Assembly (NCBI GenBank): GCA_002633005.1
Contig: NMRA01000152.1
Span: 298,594-362,593, forward strand
From: Phoronis australis
Lineage: Eukaryota; Animalia; Phoronida
Length of the DNA stretch: 64,000 nucleotides
Direction of reading: 5' to 3'
Positions within the stretch are counted from its first letter, which is position 1. Each line of letters starts with the position of its first letter. Below, piece by piece: positions 24,532-36,642 of the stretch. Made by a program: the position numbers and the translations under genes. Under the pieces are notes generated by a model that was not told the DNA's origin, searched no databases, and saw only the letters and a list, made by a program, of their open reading frames with translations.

Positions 24532-24569
24532 AGTTACCCGACCATCAGACCTCGGATAACTCAATCAAA

Positions 24570-25199
24570 ATGAATGCACTGTATAGATTTAGAGCAAGGC
24601 AGAGGCAATTTGAAAGAGAAGTTACTGATCCCCTCAACAAGTACACGGATGAAGAGCTGAGAGGGAAGTTTCGCTTTGGGCGAGAAGCCATCCGTTTTAT
24701 TTGTGGGCTAGTAGACGAAGATGTTAAGCCTGCCACAAGAAGAAATTTCTCGGTGTCAACCCTGATTCAAGTGTTGGTGTGCCTGAGGTACCTCGCAACT
24801 GGCAGCTTCATGAACGTTGTGGGTGACACGTTCCACAGTCTGCACAAGTCAACTGTTATAGTCGAATTGTGTCACGCGTCACCTCCGCAATTGTTCAACA
24901 TTTAAACAGATTTGTAACATTCCCCACAACCCCACAGAGGCTCAATGAGATAAAGGCCGGTTTCTACAGAATGGCTCGATTTCCCGGGGTAATAGGTTGT
25001 GTTGATGGAACACATGTCAAGATAATTGCACCAACTGAGAACGAGCCCGACTTCGTGAACAGGAAGAACGACCACAGTCTCAANGGTTGTGTTGATGGAA
25101 CACATGTCAAGATAATTGCACCAACCGAGAACGAGCCCGACTTCGTGAACAGGAAGAACGATCACAGTCTCAACGTCATGTTGATCTGCGATGAAAAAG
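24570..25199 (+). pseudogene. Harbinger DDE transposase (HARBI1-like) exon 1, with a 2-bp frameshift near 24858
   Basis: FRFGREAI...LRYLATGS...HKSTV|SRIVSRVTSAI...[16 protein letters not shown]...[17 protein letters not shown]; donor G|GTATTG at 25199/25200; the ~90-bp repeat around the N at 25084 looks like an assembly overlap. Confidence 0.9.
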
Positions 25200-25574
25200 G
25201 TATTGACAAACTTACGCAACTTTATCAGCTACTTCTTATCAGGGAATTGGCTTTGGGTTTGACAAATCTCAACGAGTCTTGCATTGCTATCGAACTTGAC
25301 CCATTTTTCCGGTACAAGACGCTGACCTATTATTAACAGATAAGGGGTTCTCGATGGGCACTGGACACGCACTTGCTATGTATGTAATTGCCAACTTTTC
25401 AATTCACAGTTTGCAATCGCATATCTATTTAGATACCGTTGTGTTACTTACGTTAAACTCATCAATATTGCTGACATGTAAATTTTCCCTCTTTTTAATT
25501 ATTGTAAGTTAAACCACAACTGCCTGGAACAAATTTATTGCTAACCTCTCCTCGGGGGCACTCCCATTTAGTCC

Positions 25575-27020
25575 CGTCAAACACACGGCGTAAACACAAG
25601 GTTATATTTACAACATTGCATGTGTGTTTGCAGGTCGGGTGTCGATATAGGTATATGCAGGACATACGCGGTGCTTCGCAGAACGGAAACATAGATTTAC
25701 CAATGATGGTTTCTTTTCCTTACTACCAATAAAGTTTCAAGTATAATTCCCCAACGGAGATTGCTTGTGGAAACATACTATCGCTGCTGGTTACCGATGT
25801 ACTTAGTCGCCGGGCTGTTTTTAGGATACTNTAAAACAGTCAGAAATGGCTGTGGATGCATTATTGGACAGAGGTGTTATTGCACAATAGTGCATTCGTC
25901 CATCTGATAAAGCAGTCAGAAGTGGCTGTGGATGCATTATTGGACAGAGGTGTTATTGCACAATAGTGCATCCACCTATCGAATAAACCAGGCAGAAGTG
26001 GCTGTGGAAGACAGATGTGTTATTGCACAATATTGCGTCCACCCATCTGAAAAAGCACCGGAAAGTGGCTAAGGTGTCCCACTATGCCCAAAAACCTGGA
26101 AAGGTATTTACAACAACGTCACTTTAATGCTTTGCCTTTAGTCAGTGTGAGGCATAGTTTGCCAAAATTCTATCCTATAACTCTCAGGAGGTACACCGTC
26201 TCTTGTCAGCTAGAGACGGTGGTCAGGGTGTCACCTCACGGCTGAAGTGAAGTACCAGTGGAATTCTTAGTCCCGAATGTCATACCTTGCAGTATATAGT
26301 GTATTAGAGCCTTTTAGAGACGATCAGAACCCGAGGGCGAGCTCACATAGGCTTCCCTGCCAGTGCAAGCCAACAAAATCTCCTACATTTGTACATTTAG
26401 AAATAATTCAAGCTCAACACTCTTTGAAAGATACTCACACACATCAGTGACATTTCCCTTTATCTCTTTTTTCCAAAATAAACAACATAAGCGGCACAAA
26501 TGATGCTTTTCTAAAAAGTCGAATAACCAGCGGACTACTTGGATGTGTTCCGGCCCGTATTGGAATCTGGCCCGTATTGGAATATTCCAATACGGGCACG
26601 GCCCGTATTGGAATTCCAATACNGTCGAATAACCAGCGGACTGCTTGGATGCATTATTGCGCAAAAACCGGAAACCGAAAAAGTAGCGCATGCGCAGACT
26701 ACGCAAATCAGCTCTGGATGCATTATTGGACAGGATGCATTATTGGACACGACACCGTCAAACACACGACGTAAACACAAGGTTATATTTACAACATTGC
26801 ATGTGTGTTAATTTGCAGACCGGGTGTCGGTATAGGCCTATGCAGGACATACGTGGTGCTTCGCAGAACGGAAACATAGATTTACCAATATCTATGATGG
26901 TTTCTTTTCCTTACTACCAATAAAGTTTCAAGTATAATTCCCCACCGGAGATTGCTCTTGTGGAAACATACTATCGCTGCTGGTTACCGGTGTAAGTCGA
27001 CTGTTTTTAGGATACTACTG
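25575..27020. repeat. Repeat-rich insert in the transposase intron (duplicated block and short-motif arrays)
   Basis: ~25575-25830 recurs at ~26755-27015; arrays of GGATGCATTATTGGACA and GGCCCGTATTGGAAT; single Ns at 25831 and 26623. Confidence 0.65.
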
Positions 27021-27211
27021 ACACCTACCCATTTAGAGAGTGGACTCGGAAAAATTAACAACACATTTCATTACAGAGAAATTCTGTGCCGCGAAAAGAC
27101 ACCCCTTAATCAGCCTTATGTGGATGATTGCTGTTGATTGGAAATCCCTAATAGAATATTACTGGTACGAGTGTCAGTCCATGCATCAACATTTTGTTTT
27201 CAATTTTGTAG

Positions 27212-27693
27212 GAGCATTTACGAACGTTTGTGCACGATGGCCTGGTTCCACCCATGACAGCTTTGTTTTTCGAACCTCGACCTTAGGAAAATACTTCGAC
27301 GATCAGCGACCGTACAACGTTGATAATGGGTATTTGTTGGGCGACAGCGGTTACGCCTGCTCACCTTTCTTGATGACTCCATTTCTCCATCCCAACACGA
27401 GAGCGGAGAGCCGATACAACATCAGCCACAAGTGTACCAGGGCATCAATCGAAAGAGCGATCGGTGTTTTGAAACGCCGTTTTGCAATATTGCACGGCGA
27501 GGTTAGGCTAGAGCCAAACAAAGCTGCTCGCATTGTGGCTTCCTGTGTCATTTTACATAACATAGCAAAATCTTTTAATGAGCCGGAAGAGCTGGACGCA
27601 CGCGACATCAACCAGCCTGCGCCTCTGCACTACGCCGGCCCCGAGACAGGCAGAGGCGTGCGTGATCACGTCGCTCGTACGTTCTTCATTTGA
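27212..27693 (+). CDS. Harbinger DDE transposase exon 2
   Basis: ttttgtAG acceptor, in phase with exon 1; ARWPGSTHDS...LLGDSGY...RASIERAIGVLKRRF...SCVILHN supplies the second D and the E of the catalytic triad. Confidence 0.9.
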
Positions 27694-27710
27694 TTATATA
27701 AAATTAAGTA

Positions 27711-28228
27711 GCGGGGTTTTCCGTAGATAAGCGCACCCTATGTGGAACGCCCATGTGTGTTTATTTGGAAAATTATGCTGAATAAACGCCCATAGCCGTT
27801 TATTTGGTGTTGCAATTTCGTCAAGTGTCCAGGAAGTGGGCGCTTATGTGAAAATTTTCCTTTTAAAAACCCACTTAGCGTCAACGTTTAGTCACAAATT
27901 TGTGGAGCATTTATCAATTATAAAACCTAACGAAGTGTTGCCGAACTAGGCATTTATTAACGTAAAATTTTTAAAAACAGTTTTAAATAAAAAATAAGCC
28001 ACAAAACCTCATATTCTAGGCTACGTTTATTCAGTCCATGTCAATGTTTCACTTAAAAGTATATATCGCGCTTCAGTCTGATATTTACGCAGTCAAAATT
28101 ATGAATTTCCGTTTACACACCCCCTTTTCCGAATGAACGCCCGGGCGTTCATTGGTGTTACTAACTAAATGCCTGAAAATTAAAATTTCTGAATACACGC
28201 CTAGGGGCTTAGCTACGGAAAACCCCGG
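27711..28228. mobile_element. TA-TSD MITE (Tc1/mariner/pogo-type) nested in the Harbinger element
   Basis: TA|GCGGGGTTTTCCGTAGATAAGC ... GCTTAGCTACGGAAAACCCCGG|TA; internal GAATAAACGCCC-like motifs. Confidence 0.7.
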
Positions 28229-28904
28229 TAGTAGTCATGTTTACCCGAGTGTGGGCATGATATTATGTTTTGGTTTACGTGTTCGCCCTCATAAGCACCC
28301 GGAGCACTTTCAAAAATTCGTTTCGGGATGCGGTGGGGGGGAGGGGCGCTTATTGTAGCCCAAGGCGCTTGAAATACAGTCTCCGAAACAGGTGAAATCG
28401 GAAGCTAGGATTCATGAAGTTAACGCTCTGCGACGTATATGTTGCATATTACAGGCTTGCCACAAAATCGTGGTCCATTGCTACCGAAGCGTCCTTGTTA
28501 CATTGCTCTCCTTTTTCAGAAAAGTGTGTGGAAATCCCAGCCAACTCATGCATCGCTGCCTCGCGATTGCCGATTAACAAAATTGAATTCTTGATAAAAA
28601 TACAGTTTCGACTCAACAAATTACACGAATTCCTACTTAAGTTTTCCAAATAGTCCCTAAAATTTTTAATTTCCTGTCAAGTCGGGATTCACCGCAGATT
28701 AAGTCCAAATCTGCGCTAGATCTTACCCCGCATCATGAGAAAAATCTTGACGAACACACATGTTGATGTCACGTGACTTTTGCTTTGGAGGTGTTTTTCA
28801 AATGTATATACGTTAATGGCTGGGCACTTATTTTTGTGTTTTCTGAAAATGCAGCTGGGGCGCTTATAGGGGCATAACACAAACACTGAAACACTGGTGA
28901 ATAA

Positions 28905-29385
28905 TGGGTACAACAATGCTTTAAAGTGGCGCCATCCAAGAACATTTTCTGCGATGTCAGGAACGTAAAATCACCCGTCAAGAAATTGTGGAAAACACGT
29001 CATAGCTATTCGGTACGTAGAGCACGATGTGCGATTGAAAGTATCGGGAGTCTCTTTTGATTGCATTTGAAAAGCCCGTTTTGAATGAACAGCAAATACG
29101 GTCGGACCGCACGTTACTTTTGTTTGCCTGAATTTCCTGATAACCCCCTTCATTTGTCATTCTTTGCAGTATTTCAAACCTGCCGTGTCCCACTGTGTAT
29201 GTCTTCAGCTTGTGCTCTGTGTTGGTATTATGCGTCATTTTATTTCCACTTGAGAATGAAACAAGTATGTTTCGAAATACCGTGTACATTTTAATCATGT
29301 CTCTTGGTCAGTTACTTCATCACTGTTCCGTTTAGTGTAGAGTTTTATTTCGAACATATGAGCGAAACGGAATGAAGACTGTCAA
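28905..29385 (+). mobile_element. Penelope-like family A fragment nested in the Harbinger element (second copy ~31160-31635)
   Basis: Similar to 2810-3300, including the hammerhead-like motif at 29247-29284 and 31504-31541. Confidence 0.7.
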
Positions 29386-30161
29386 TAACGAAAAGGGTCG
29401 TGTATTTAATCAATTTTGTAAATGGTTTCTGTAAATACGTTCTAGGTTTCAGTATATGTTATGTCTGGCGTTGAATTTGGGATACGATTTTAATTGCACC
29501 AGAGCTTGTGAATGTTAACTAATCAATCAGAAAAGTCGTGAATTTATTCAGAGTCTCGCATTGTATATTTGGAAACCTATGGCTTCATGAGAACAACTGC
29601 TCTGTGATTGTACATNAAAGTCATGAATATACTCAGAGACTCGCATTGTATATTTGGAAACCTATGGCTTCATGAGAACAACTGCTCTGTGATTGTACAT
29701 TGGAATTTACGTATGTGTAGTCAATACCTACGATGTACAATAAATATTATTGATACTGATTAATTAAATACGCATATTTTTTCTCAGTGGTTGGGTTTAT
29801 CGAGACGCAGTAAATAAGTGCAAAGTATTACCGAAAAACAAATGGTCCCACTTAACACGATTAATACAGGCAATGGTGGAACTATTAAATCGTCAATAAA
29901 TTACAAGTCAATATAATTGTATTTAGCTAATGAATGGAATGTAAACTTTTTCCCGGCAATCTTTTCAAAAAGTTTGACAAAAAAACTGACTGGAGCGCTA
30001 TTTTTAGTAGTGAATATCCTCTTGTAGTAAACATTCAATCTTCTCAGAAATACCCACCTTATCATTCATTTCAACGAAGGTAACAGCACGTAACTTTTCA
30101 TTACAAGCAACAAATAAATAACATTACAACACTTGCAGAAAGAACATTTGACTCAAAACAG

Positions 30162-30556
30162 TCACATATTTTCAATTTCCATCTTCAGTTTCTTGTTCTT
30201 TAGTATGAGATTTTCTATTTCTGAGTCCAATTTCCTTTCTTCTTTTATTCTTCTCCTTTGGTTGGCTTCTAATTCATTTTCCAGTTTTCTTTTCTTTAGT
30301 TCCAGGACCTCCTTTGACATGGCGTTTAATTCATTGCTGGTTACGTTTTTTTTCCTCAATGGCTTCTCCGAAGCGAAGGTGACGGGAGATTCCGAAAGCG
30401 GGTGGTTAGCAGAAAGATATGGTGATGAACTTGTGAGAATTGTGTCCCAAGAAGTAATCAGTTTTGGAGTGCTAGGCAATGATATAATTTCAGATGAGAC
30501 GGTTGCTTGTGGTGATTGGTTCTCGGCAGTCTGAGCAGTTGTTGGAGCGAAAATTC
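30162..30556 (-). CDS. Duplicate copy of Myb/SANT protein exon 2
   Basis: Near-identical to 32325-32719, with the same ttcAG acceptor. Confidence 0.6.
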
Positions 30557-32324
30557 CTGAAATGAAGTTAAAAGTGCACACTTAAAACGTTTTAATATTC
30601 GTACGTACGAGACCGATCACAAGCAGGAAATTATCCTAATCATTATCTAATCTTATGGACCTCAATATTTACTAAGCTGTCCATGATTGTCAACATATGT
30701 TTTGAGGCATAGTGTGGATTGGGAGAGAGTAACACGACGGGAGATGATGTTTCCAGTTCCATCGTCTCTCAGACTCATCGAATACCGCTGCTTAGTATAG
30801 CCCCCATTTGGGGCCCCGTACATTCCAGCAACAATCCATCCGGGAATGCACGCTCACTGCCAGCGAAGAGCGCAGCACTTGTGCAAAATTGGGTTGTGTC
30901 CCAAGATTGAGTGATAGATGGCGGCAGTTTTTGACTCGAGAAGCTTTGTTCGTGAGTAACTAAGACACTGAAAAGTTATGTAGGGCTTTGGTTTTGCGTA
31001 TGCTGGTTTTCGTAGACTTTTCGTCAGCAATGCCATAGGCCTACCTACCGATAGAACTGCTAGACTAGTCACTGTGACTTACTAGTTGGTTACACGTGAC
31101 GGATGAAATGCATGAATTAATTTGTCTATGTTCCTACTCCTAGCCCCGGGATTTGNGAATATTGGGTACAACAATGCTTTAAAGTGGCGCCATCCAAGAA
31201 CATTTTCTGCGATGTCAGGAAGTGAAAAATCAGCCGTCAAGAAATTGTGGAAAACACGTCAATTCGGTACGTAGAGCACGATGTGCGATTGAAAGTATCG
31301 GGAGTCTCTTTTGATTGCATTTGAAAAGCCCGCTTTGAATGAACAGCAAATACGGTGGTCGGACCGCACGTTACTTTTGTTTGCCTGAATTTCCTGATAA
31401 CCCCCTTCATTTGTCATTCTTTGCAGTATTTCAAACCTGCCGTGTCCCACTGTGTATGTCTTCAGCTTGTGCTCTGTGGTGGTATTATGCGTCATTTTAT
31501 TTCCACTTGAGAATGAAACAAGTATGTTTCGAAATACGGTGTACATTTGAATCATGTCTCTTGGTCAGTTACTTCATCACTGTTCCGTTTAGTGTAGAGT
31601 TTTATTTCGAACATAGCGAAACGAAATGAAGACTGTCAATAACGAAAAGGGTCGTGTGTTCAATCAATTTTGTAAATGGTTTCTGTAAATACGTTCTAGG
31701 TTTCAGTATATGTTATGATGTCTAGCGTTGAATTTGGGATACGATTTTAATTGCATCAGAGCTTGTGAATGTTAACTAATCAATCAGAAAAGTCATGAAT
31801 TTATTCAGAGTCTCGCATTGTATATTTGGAAACCTATGGCTTCATGAGAACAACTGCTCTGTGATTGCCAACATTGGAATTTACGTATGTGTAGTCAATA
31901 CGATGTACAATAAATATTATGGATACTGATTAATTAAATACGCATATTTTTTCTCAGTGGTTGGGTTTATCGAGACGCCGTAAATAAGTGCAGAGTATTA
32001 CCGAAAAACACGATTAATACAGGCAATGGTGGAACTATGCAGTCGTCAATAAATTACAAGTCAATATAATTGTATTGAGCTAATGAATGGACTTATGTGT
32101 AACAAGTGTAAACTTTTTCCCGGCAATCTTTTCAAAAAGTTTGACAAAAAAATGACTGGAGCGCTATTTTTTAGTAGTGAATATCCTCTTGTAGTAAACA
32201 TTCAATCTTCACAGAAATTCCCACCTTATCATTCATTTCAACGAAGGTAACAGCACGTAACTTTTACAAGCAACAAATAAATAACATTACAACACTTGCA
32301 GAAAGAACATTTGACTCAAAACAG

Positions 32325-32719
32325 TCACATATTTTCAATTTCCATCTTCAGTTTCTTGTTCTTTAGTATGAGATTTTCTATTTCTAAGTCCAATTTCCTT
32401 TCTTCTTTTATTCTTCTCCTTTGGTTGGCTTCTAATTCATTTTCCAGTTTTCTTTTCTTTAATTCCAGGACCTCCTTTGATATGGCGTTTAATTCATTAC
32501 TTGTTACGTTTTTTTTCCTCAATGGCGTCTCCGAAGCGAAGGTGACGGGAGATTCCGAAAGCGGGTGGTTAGCAGAAAGATATGGTGATGAACTTGTGAG
32601 AATTGTGTCCCAAGAAGTAATCAGTTTTGGAGTGCTAGGCAATGATATAATTTCAGATGAGACGGTTGCCTGTGGTGATTGGTTCTCGGCAGTCTGAGCA
32701 GTTGTTGGAGCGAAAATTC
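32325..32719 (-). CDS. Harbinger Myb/SANT-like protein exon 2 (Ser/Thr-rich linker and C-terminal coiled coil)
   Basis: catttcAG acceptor; G|GA junction in phase with exon 1 (ESG-IFAPTT); KEVLELKKRKLENELEANQRRRIKEERKLDLEIENLILKNKKLKME heptads. Confidence 0.8.
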
Positions 32720-33661
32720 CTGAAATGAAGTTAAAAGTGCACACTTAAAACGTTTTTATTCGTACGTACGAGACCGATCACAAGCAGGAAATTATCCTAA
32801 TCATTATCTGATCTTATGGACCTCAATTTACTAAGCTGTCCAGGATTGTCAACATATGTTTTGAGGCATGGTGTGGGTTGGGAGAGAGTAACACGACGGG
32901 AGATGATGTTTCCAGTTCCCTCGTCTCGATCAGACTCATCGAATACCGCTGCTTATTATAGCCCCCATTTGGGGCCCCGTACATTCCAGCAACAATCCAT
33001 CCGGGAATGCACGCTCACTGCCGGCGAAGAGCGCAGCACTTGTGCAAAATTAGGTTGTGTCCCATGGCGGCAGTTTTTGACTCGAGAAGCTTTGTTCGTG
33101 AGTAACTAAGACACTGAAAAGTTATGTAGCTCTTTGGTTTTGCGTCTGCTGGTTTTCGTAGACTTTTCGTCAGCAATGCTGCAGGCCTACCTACCGATAA
33201 AACTGCTAGACTAGTCACTAATATGACTTACTAGTTGGTTACACGTGACGGATGAAATGCATGAATTAATTTGTCTATGTTCCTAGCCCCGGGATTTGAT
33301 CAATCAACATAGTGTCATAGCTTATATGTGTAAGGAATGGAAGAGAATGTTGGTGTTTGTAATTATGTAAAACTTGTGTAGTATCGCTGCGGGATTTTTT
33401 GGTTCACGTACTTGTAGCTACATTCGTGCAATGTGTCTGTTCCGTTGATATTTATAACCCTGTGACCTAGATTCCAAACTTGGTTGACCTATTTTTTCAA
33501 AGCAGTGAATGCCACGTAGCAAATAATTATTGAACACATAAGGGAGTTGTACGTTTCAATTTTGAAGAAAAGTGAAAAATAGAGAGCATTCTGATGAAGT
33601 GTTGTTGATAATGTATCTTAAACCAAGGAATATTCTTTTGCCTCACTTGATTAATTCATAC

Positions 33662-34043
33662 CTGATTCAATTGGAGCTTCCAGTCCACTGAAACTGGGTG
33701 TGTCTGTAAACAGTGCCACAATTTTTTTCTCAGCCTCCTCCATGGGTTTGGGGCGAGAGCCTCCTCCCGTTTTCTTCACCTCTCTTTGCAGTTGGTTCTT
33801 TGAGGCTCTCGCCCCAGACACCATGTGCCTCCACTTTTCCTTTGTGTCATATGCTGTTCTCTTTGCTGTTCCCAAACTTGTGATTTTGGAAGCTATGTCT
33901 TCCCAAACCGAGTTCTTTTCGGCCTTCGTCACCTTCTGACTGAACTTGCTATTAATTACTTGCAAGTTTGACTCGGCAAGTTCAGTCAGAAGGTTGATTT
34001 CGTGCTTTGACCAATTGCAAGATCTTTTCTTTTCTGCAGCCAT
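33662..34043 (-). CDS. Harbinger Myb/SANT-like (trihelix) DNA-binding protein exon 1
   Basis: MAAEKKRSCNWSKHEINLL...KNSVWEDIASKI...KRT....KEKWRHM...KKTGGG is the typical Harbinger ORF2 / MSANTD / NAIF1-like pattern; donor G|GTATGA after 33662. Confidence 0.9.
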
Positions 34044-34102
34044 TTTGTCTGTGCCATGGTAACAGGAATTATGGGTATTGCCTTATATGGTATCCAATTT
34101 GG

Positions 34103-34241
34103 CTATCCACCGTATAACATAGATATCCGCTGGATAGTTATCCGAACCTTATCCAAGCTTTGTGCAACCCAAATTTATACGCCGGATAACTATCCGGCGT
34201 ATAAATCTTATCCGGCGTATAAGCTCTTATCCGCTGGATAG
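34103..34241. promoter_or_regulatory. Right subterminal array of the TTATCCGGCGTATAA-like motif
   Basis: About six copies or variants in both orientations next to the right TIR. Confidence 0.7.
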
Positions 34242-34357
34242 TTATACAGACTTTTATGCAACCGGGCCCAGATGTCGATTTTCGGGTCAAACAAAGACGT
34301 CGGTAAATCTGTATAAAATCGCTACCTCGTTACTTATCTTATGAAAGCTCTCGTTAA

Positions 34358-35305
34358 AGTTCAGATGCTGATGGTTGGTTTGTATTTCAATTTCTTCCTC
34401 AATTCTGTAGTTGCAGCAATTTCAAGGAGTCTTCCAACAACGATGTTCTCGTACGTGCCGCCAGCCACATAAATGTTGACAATGCAACAGATTCATGGCA
34501 AGTTGTCTCACGAACTCTTTGCAGCAGCTTTTATGTCCTTACGCCTTTGGATGCACCCCTTGAGCTGCCTTGTAAAGTGGACGTCACTGCGACATCTCCC
34601 TTGCTGTATAAGTTGTGGGACAGATTATGGACTTCTGCCAAAGAACAACGCTCCCTGGATCACGTGGCGAAAGACGGGACTCTTAGAGAACAGAAAAGCG
34701 AACGCCATGGACATGTCAACAGTGTTGAAGTAAGTCCGACAGTGCAGTTCAAAGATCTCTTCCAAAAATTCGAGAGAATCAGTGGTGCAAACTATGTCAA
34801 GACAAGAAGTCTAGTATTATTTACACTTAAGATGGAAGATTTTATGTCCCGTGCTAAAGCAAAGAAAATACCCAAGAAAAAGAGTTCAAAACCAAATGAA
34901 GCAACTTGCCACTGTTGCGGTGGTGATGTTTGTCGCAGGCGTCAATCAAAAGTAAATACGGGGCTTCACGACATAAGTATGTCGTGCTCATCCAAAGTGT
35001 TTTATGAAATGTTTGTATTCGTCAAAGATTCCTATTCAATTATCCAACCGAAACTACGACAATCATGGCTGCAAATTCGAGACGACTTGACAAGAAGCAT
35101 GACCTACGAGCACTGGTGGTCCGTAGTCAGGTTTCTACTTGCGGTATCGTTTGTTGCTCTTCTGACGTATGTACTGGTTGCTGTCTACCAACGGAGGAAG
35201 GGTAGAGTATTAGATATGCATTGCCTTCCTACTAACTTGCGTCCTAAACATGCACACTATGGAGATCGTCTAACAGGACATCATGGTATCCATTTTTGTC
35301 CTTGA
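34358..35305 (+). CDS. Orphan open frame (~315 codons) with a C-terminal transmembrane segment; function unknown
   Basis: Stop-free from 34358 to TGA at 35303-35305; WWSVVRFLLAVSFVALLTYVLVAVY followed by QRRK; CHCCGGDVC cluster. No recognisable family; start or splice acceptor uncertain. Confidence 0.45.
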   Translation, partial: SSDADGWFVFQFLPQFCSCSNFKESSNNDVLVRAASHINVDNATDSWQVVSRTLCSSFYVLTPLDAPLELPCKVDVTATSPLLYKLWDRLWTSAKEQRSLDHVAKDGTLREQKSERHGHVNSVEVSPTVQFKDLFQKFERISGANYVKTRSLVLFTLKMEDFMSRAKAKKIPKKKSSKPNEATCHCCGGDVCRRRQSKVNTGLHDISMSCSSKVFYEMFVFVKDSYSIIQPKLRQSWLQIRDDLTRSMTYEHWWSVVRFLLAVSFVALLTYVLVAVYQRRKGRVLDMHCLPTNLRPKHAHYGDRLTGHHGIHFCP

Positions 35306-36642
35306 TGTTACAGTGGCTAGAGGTTCATGAAATTGCAAAATGACTAACGAAACAGTCCGGTTTGGACAGGGTTCTTCCAAATCGTTAAGAATTATTTTTT
35401 TACTTGCTAATGCCATTAATAATCTGTTTTCGACTAGCTTGCGATTTTATCATGGAAAAGTTTCAGATACTTGTGTGACTGAGTAACCCGATTTATGTTT
35501 GTGTTTTAGCACGTGTAAGAAGGGGCCAATGATTGCGAGTTGTTCTGGAAAGTCTCTTCTTAATGTGTATCATTCTATTTGACTAAGCAAAACTTGTTTA
35601 TTACAAGATCTCCGAATCATGAATGACGCAGTACATAGTCCTAAGTTGTAGTTGGGGAAAATTGTTTCAGTTGTATCCAACCACGCTCATTCGATTCAAC
35701 ATTCGTCATTTTCCGTTGCACATGCGTAAAGTTAACCTTTCGCTATGTTACCTAAATCCAACATTCCAACAGAATTAGAACTGGAATTATTTCTCATTAG
35801 CCTAAAATAAGTCAAGCATATGCATCGAAGATTTTTTTTCATCGCCATTATGACTATTCACAACTGACTTTACATCACGCCGTATTTGAGCAACGAATCG
35901 GTGACATTTTTCATTTTGTATGTTAATACTCTGGTCCATTTTTGATTGGAGAAACTTCCGTTTCCGTACGGTATACTGTTTAACCGTTTACTCCACTTCT
36001 ACTAGGTTATTTTTTTTTTCTAACAAAAGCCCTAATAGGAATCGGTTATGACATGTAAGCTCAGTTTATTGAAGTAGATCATTGGTTGATTCAGATGTCG
36101 CGCGTGAAGTTGATAATTCACACTAGACGGGGAATTCTGGGTTTGATCAAGAATGTGGAAGCAGTCGTGTTTGTGGAAATTATTGATACAGAAGTTTGTT
36201 ATGTGGTGAAAAATTAAAGATTCCAGCTGACTTTGTTCTAAATTTGAAAGATCAAGATTTTTGAGATACCCTAAAGTTTCAAGTTAACCTAATCTTGAGG
36301 AAAAAATGTCTTTTCAGTCTCAGTTTAGACACCCAGTGGACAAGGAAATTAGTTCTTAGTTTGAAGTGTACAAACTCGGCGAGTGAGGACAAATTTCAAA
36401 TATATTGAATGATGCAATGAAGATGATTACTAAGGTGCCAGTAACTATCCACTGAGTCCCAGAGTTTGACAACTGTAAATATTTCAGTTTATTCCAAAAT
36501 GTGGTTTTTCCTCGAAATCACTTGCATAGGCTAGTATTACTATAAGTAGACGATATGTTATGTATGCACAGTTGTCCGTCACAAGAGTGAAGAGTATCGG
36601 TTAAGATTAAGACGACTGTATGCTTCTCGAAAGACAACGCTC

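Larger units (their letters stand above)
28905..33297. repeat. ~2.2 kb direct duplication (28905-31155 vs 31157-33297), probably uncollapsed haplotypes
   Basis: Highly similar copies with scattered SNPs and indels, joined at a single N (31156); each holds a Penelope family A fragment and Myb/SANT exon 2. Confidence 0.85.
24376..34268 (+). mobile_element. Two-gene PIF/Harbinger DNA transposon with nested insertions
   Basis: Perfect 17-bp TIRs GGCCCGGTTGCATAAAA (24376-24392) / TTTTATGCAACCGGGCC (34252-34268); flanks CTG and CAG (CWG type); convergent DDE transposase and Myb/SANT genes. Confidence 0.95.

Noticed and set aside
24994-25175. Tandem duplication of the GCVDGTH catalytic segment
   Set aside because: The copies are joined by a single N (25084), typical of an unmerged contig overlap; similar joins occur at 25831, 26623, 29616 and 31156.
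24570-27693. Domesticated HARBI1 host gene
   Set aside because: It lies within perfect TIRs with a partner Myb gene and carries a frameshift, so it is a transposon copy; no gene symbol assigned.
30133-30534. Plus-strand hydrophobic 133-aa ORFs (also 32296-32697)
   Set aside because: Antisense shadows of the Lys/Glu-rich Myb exon 2.
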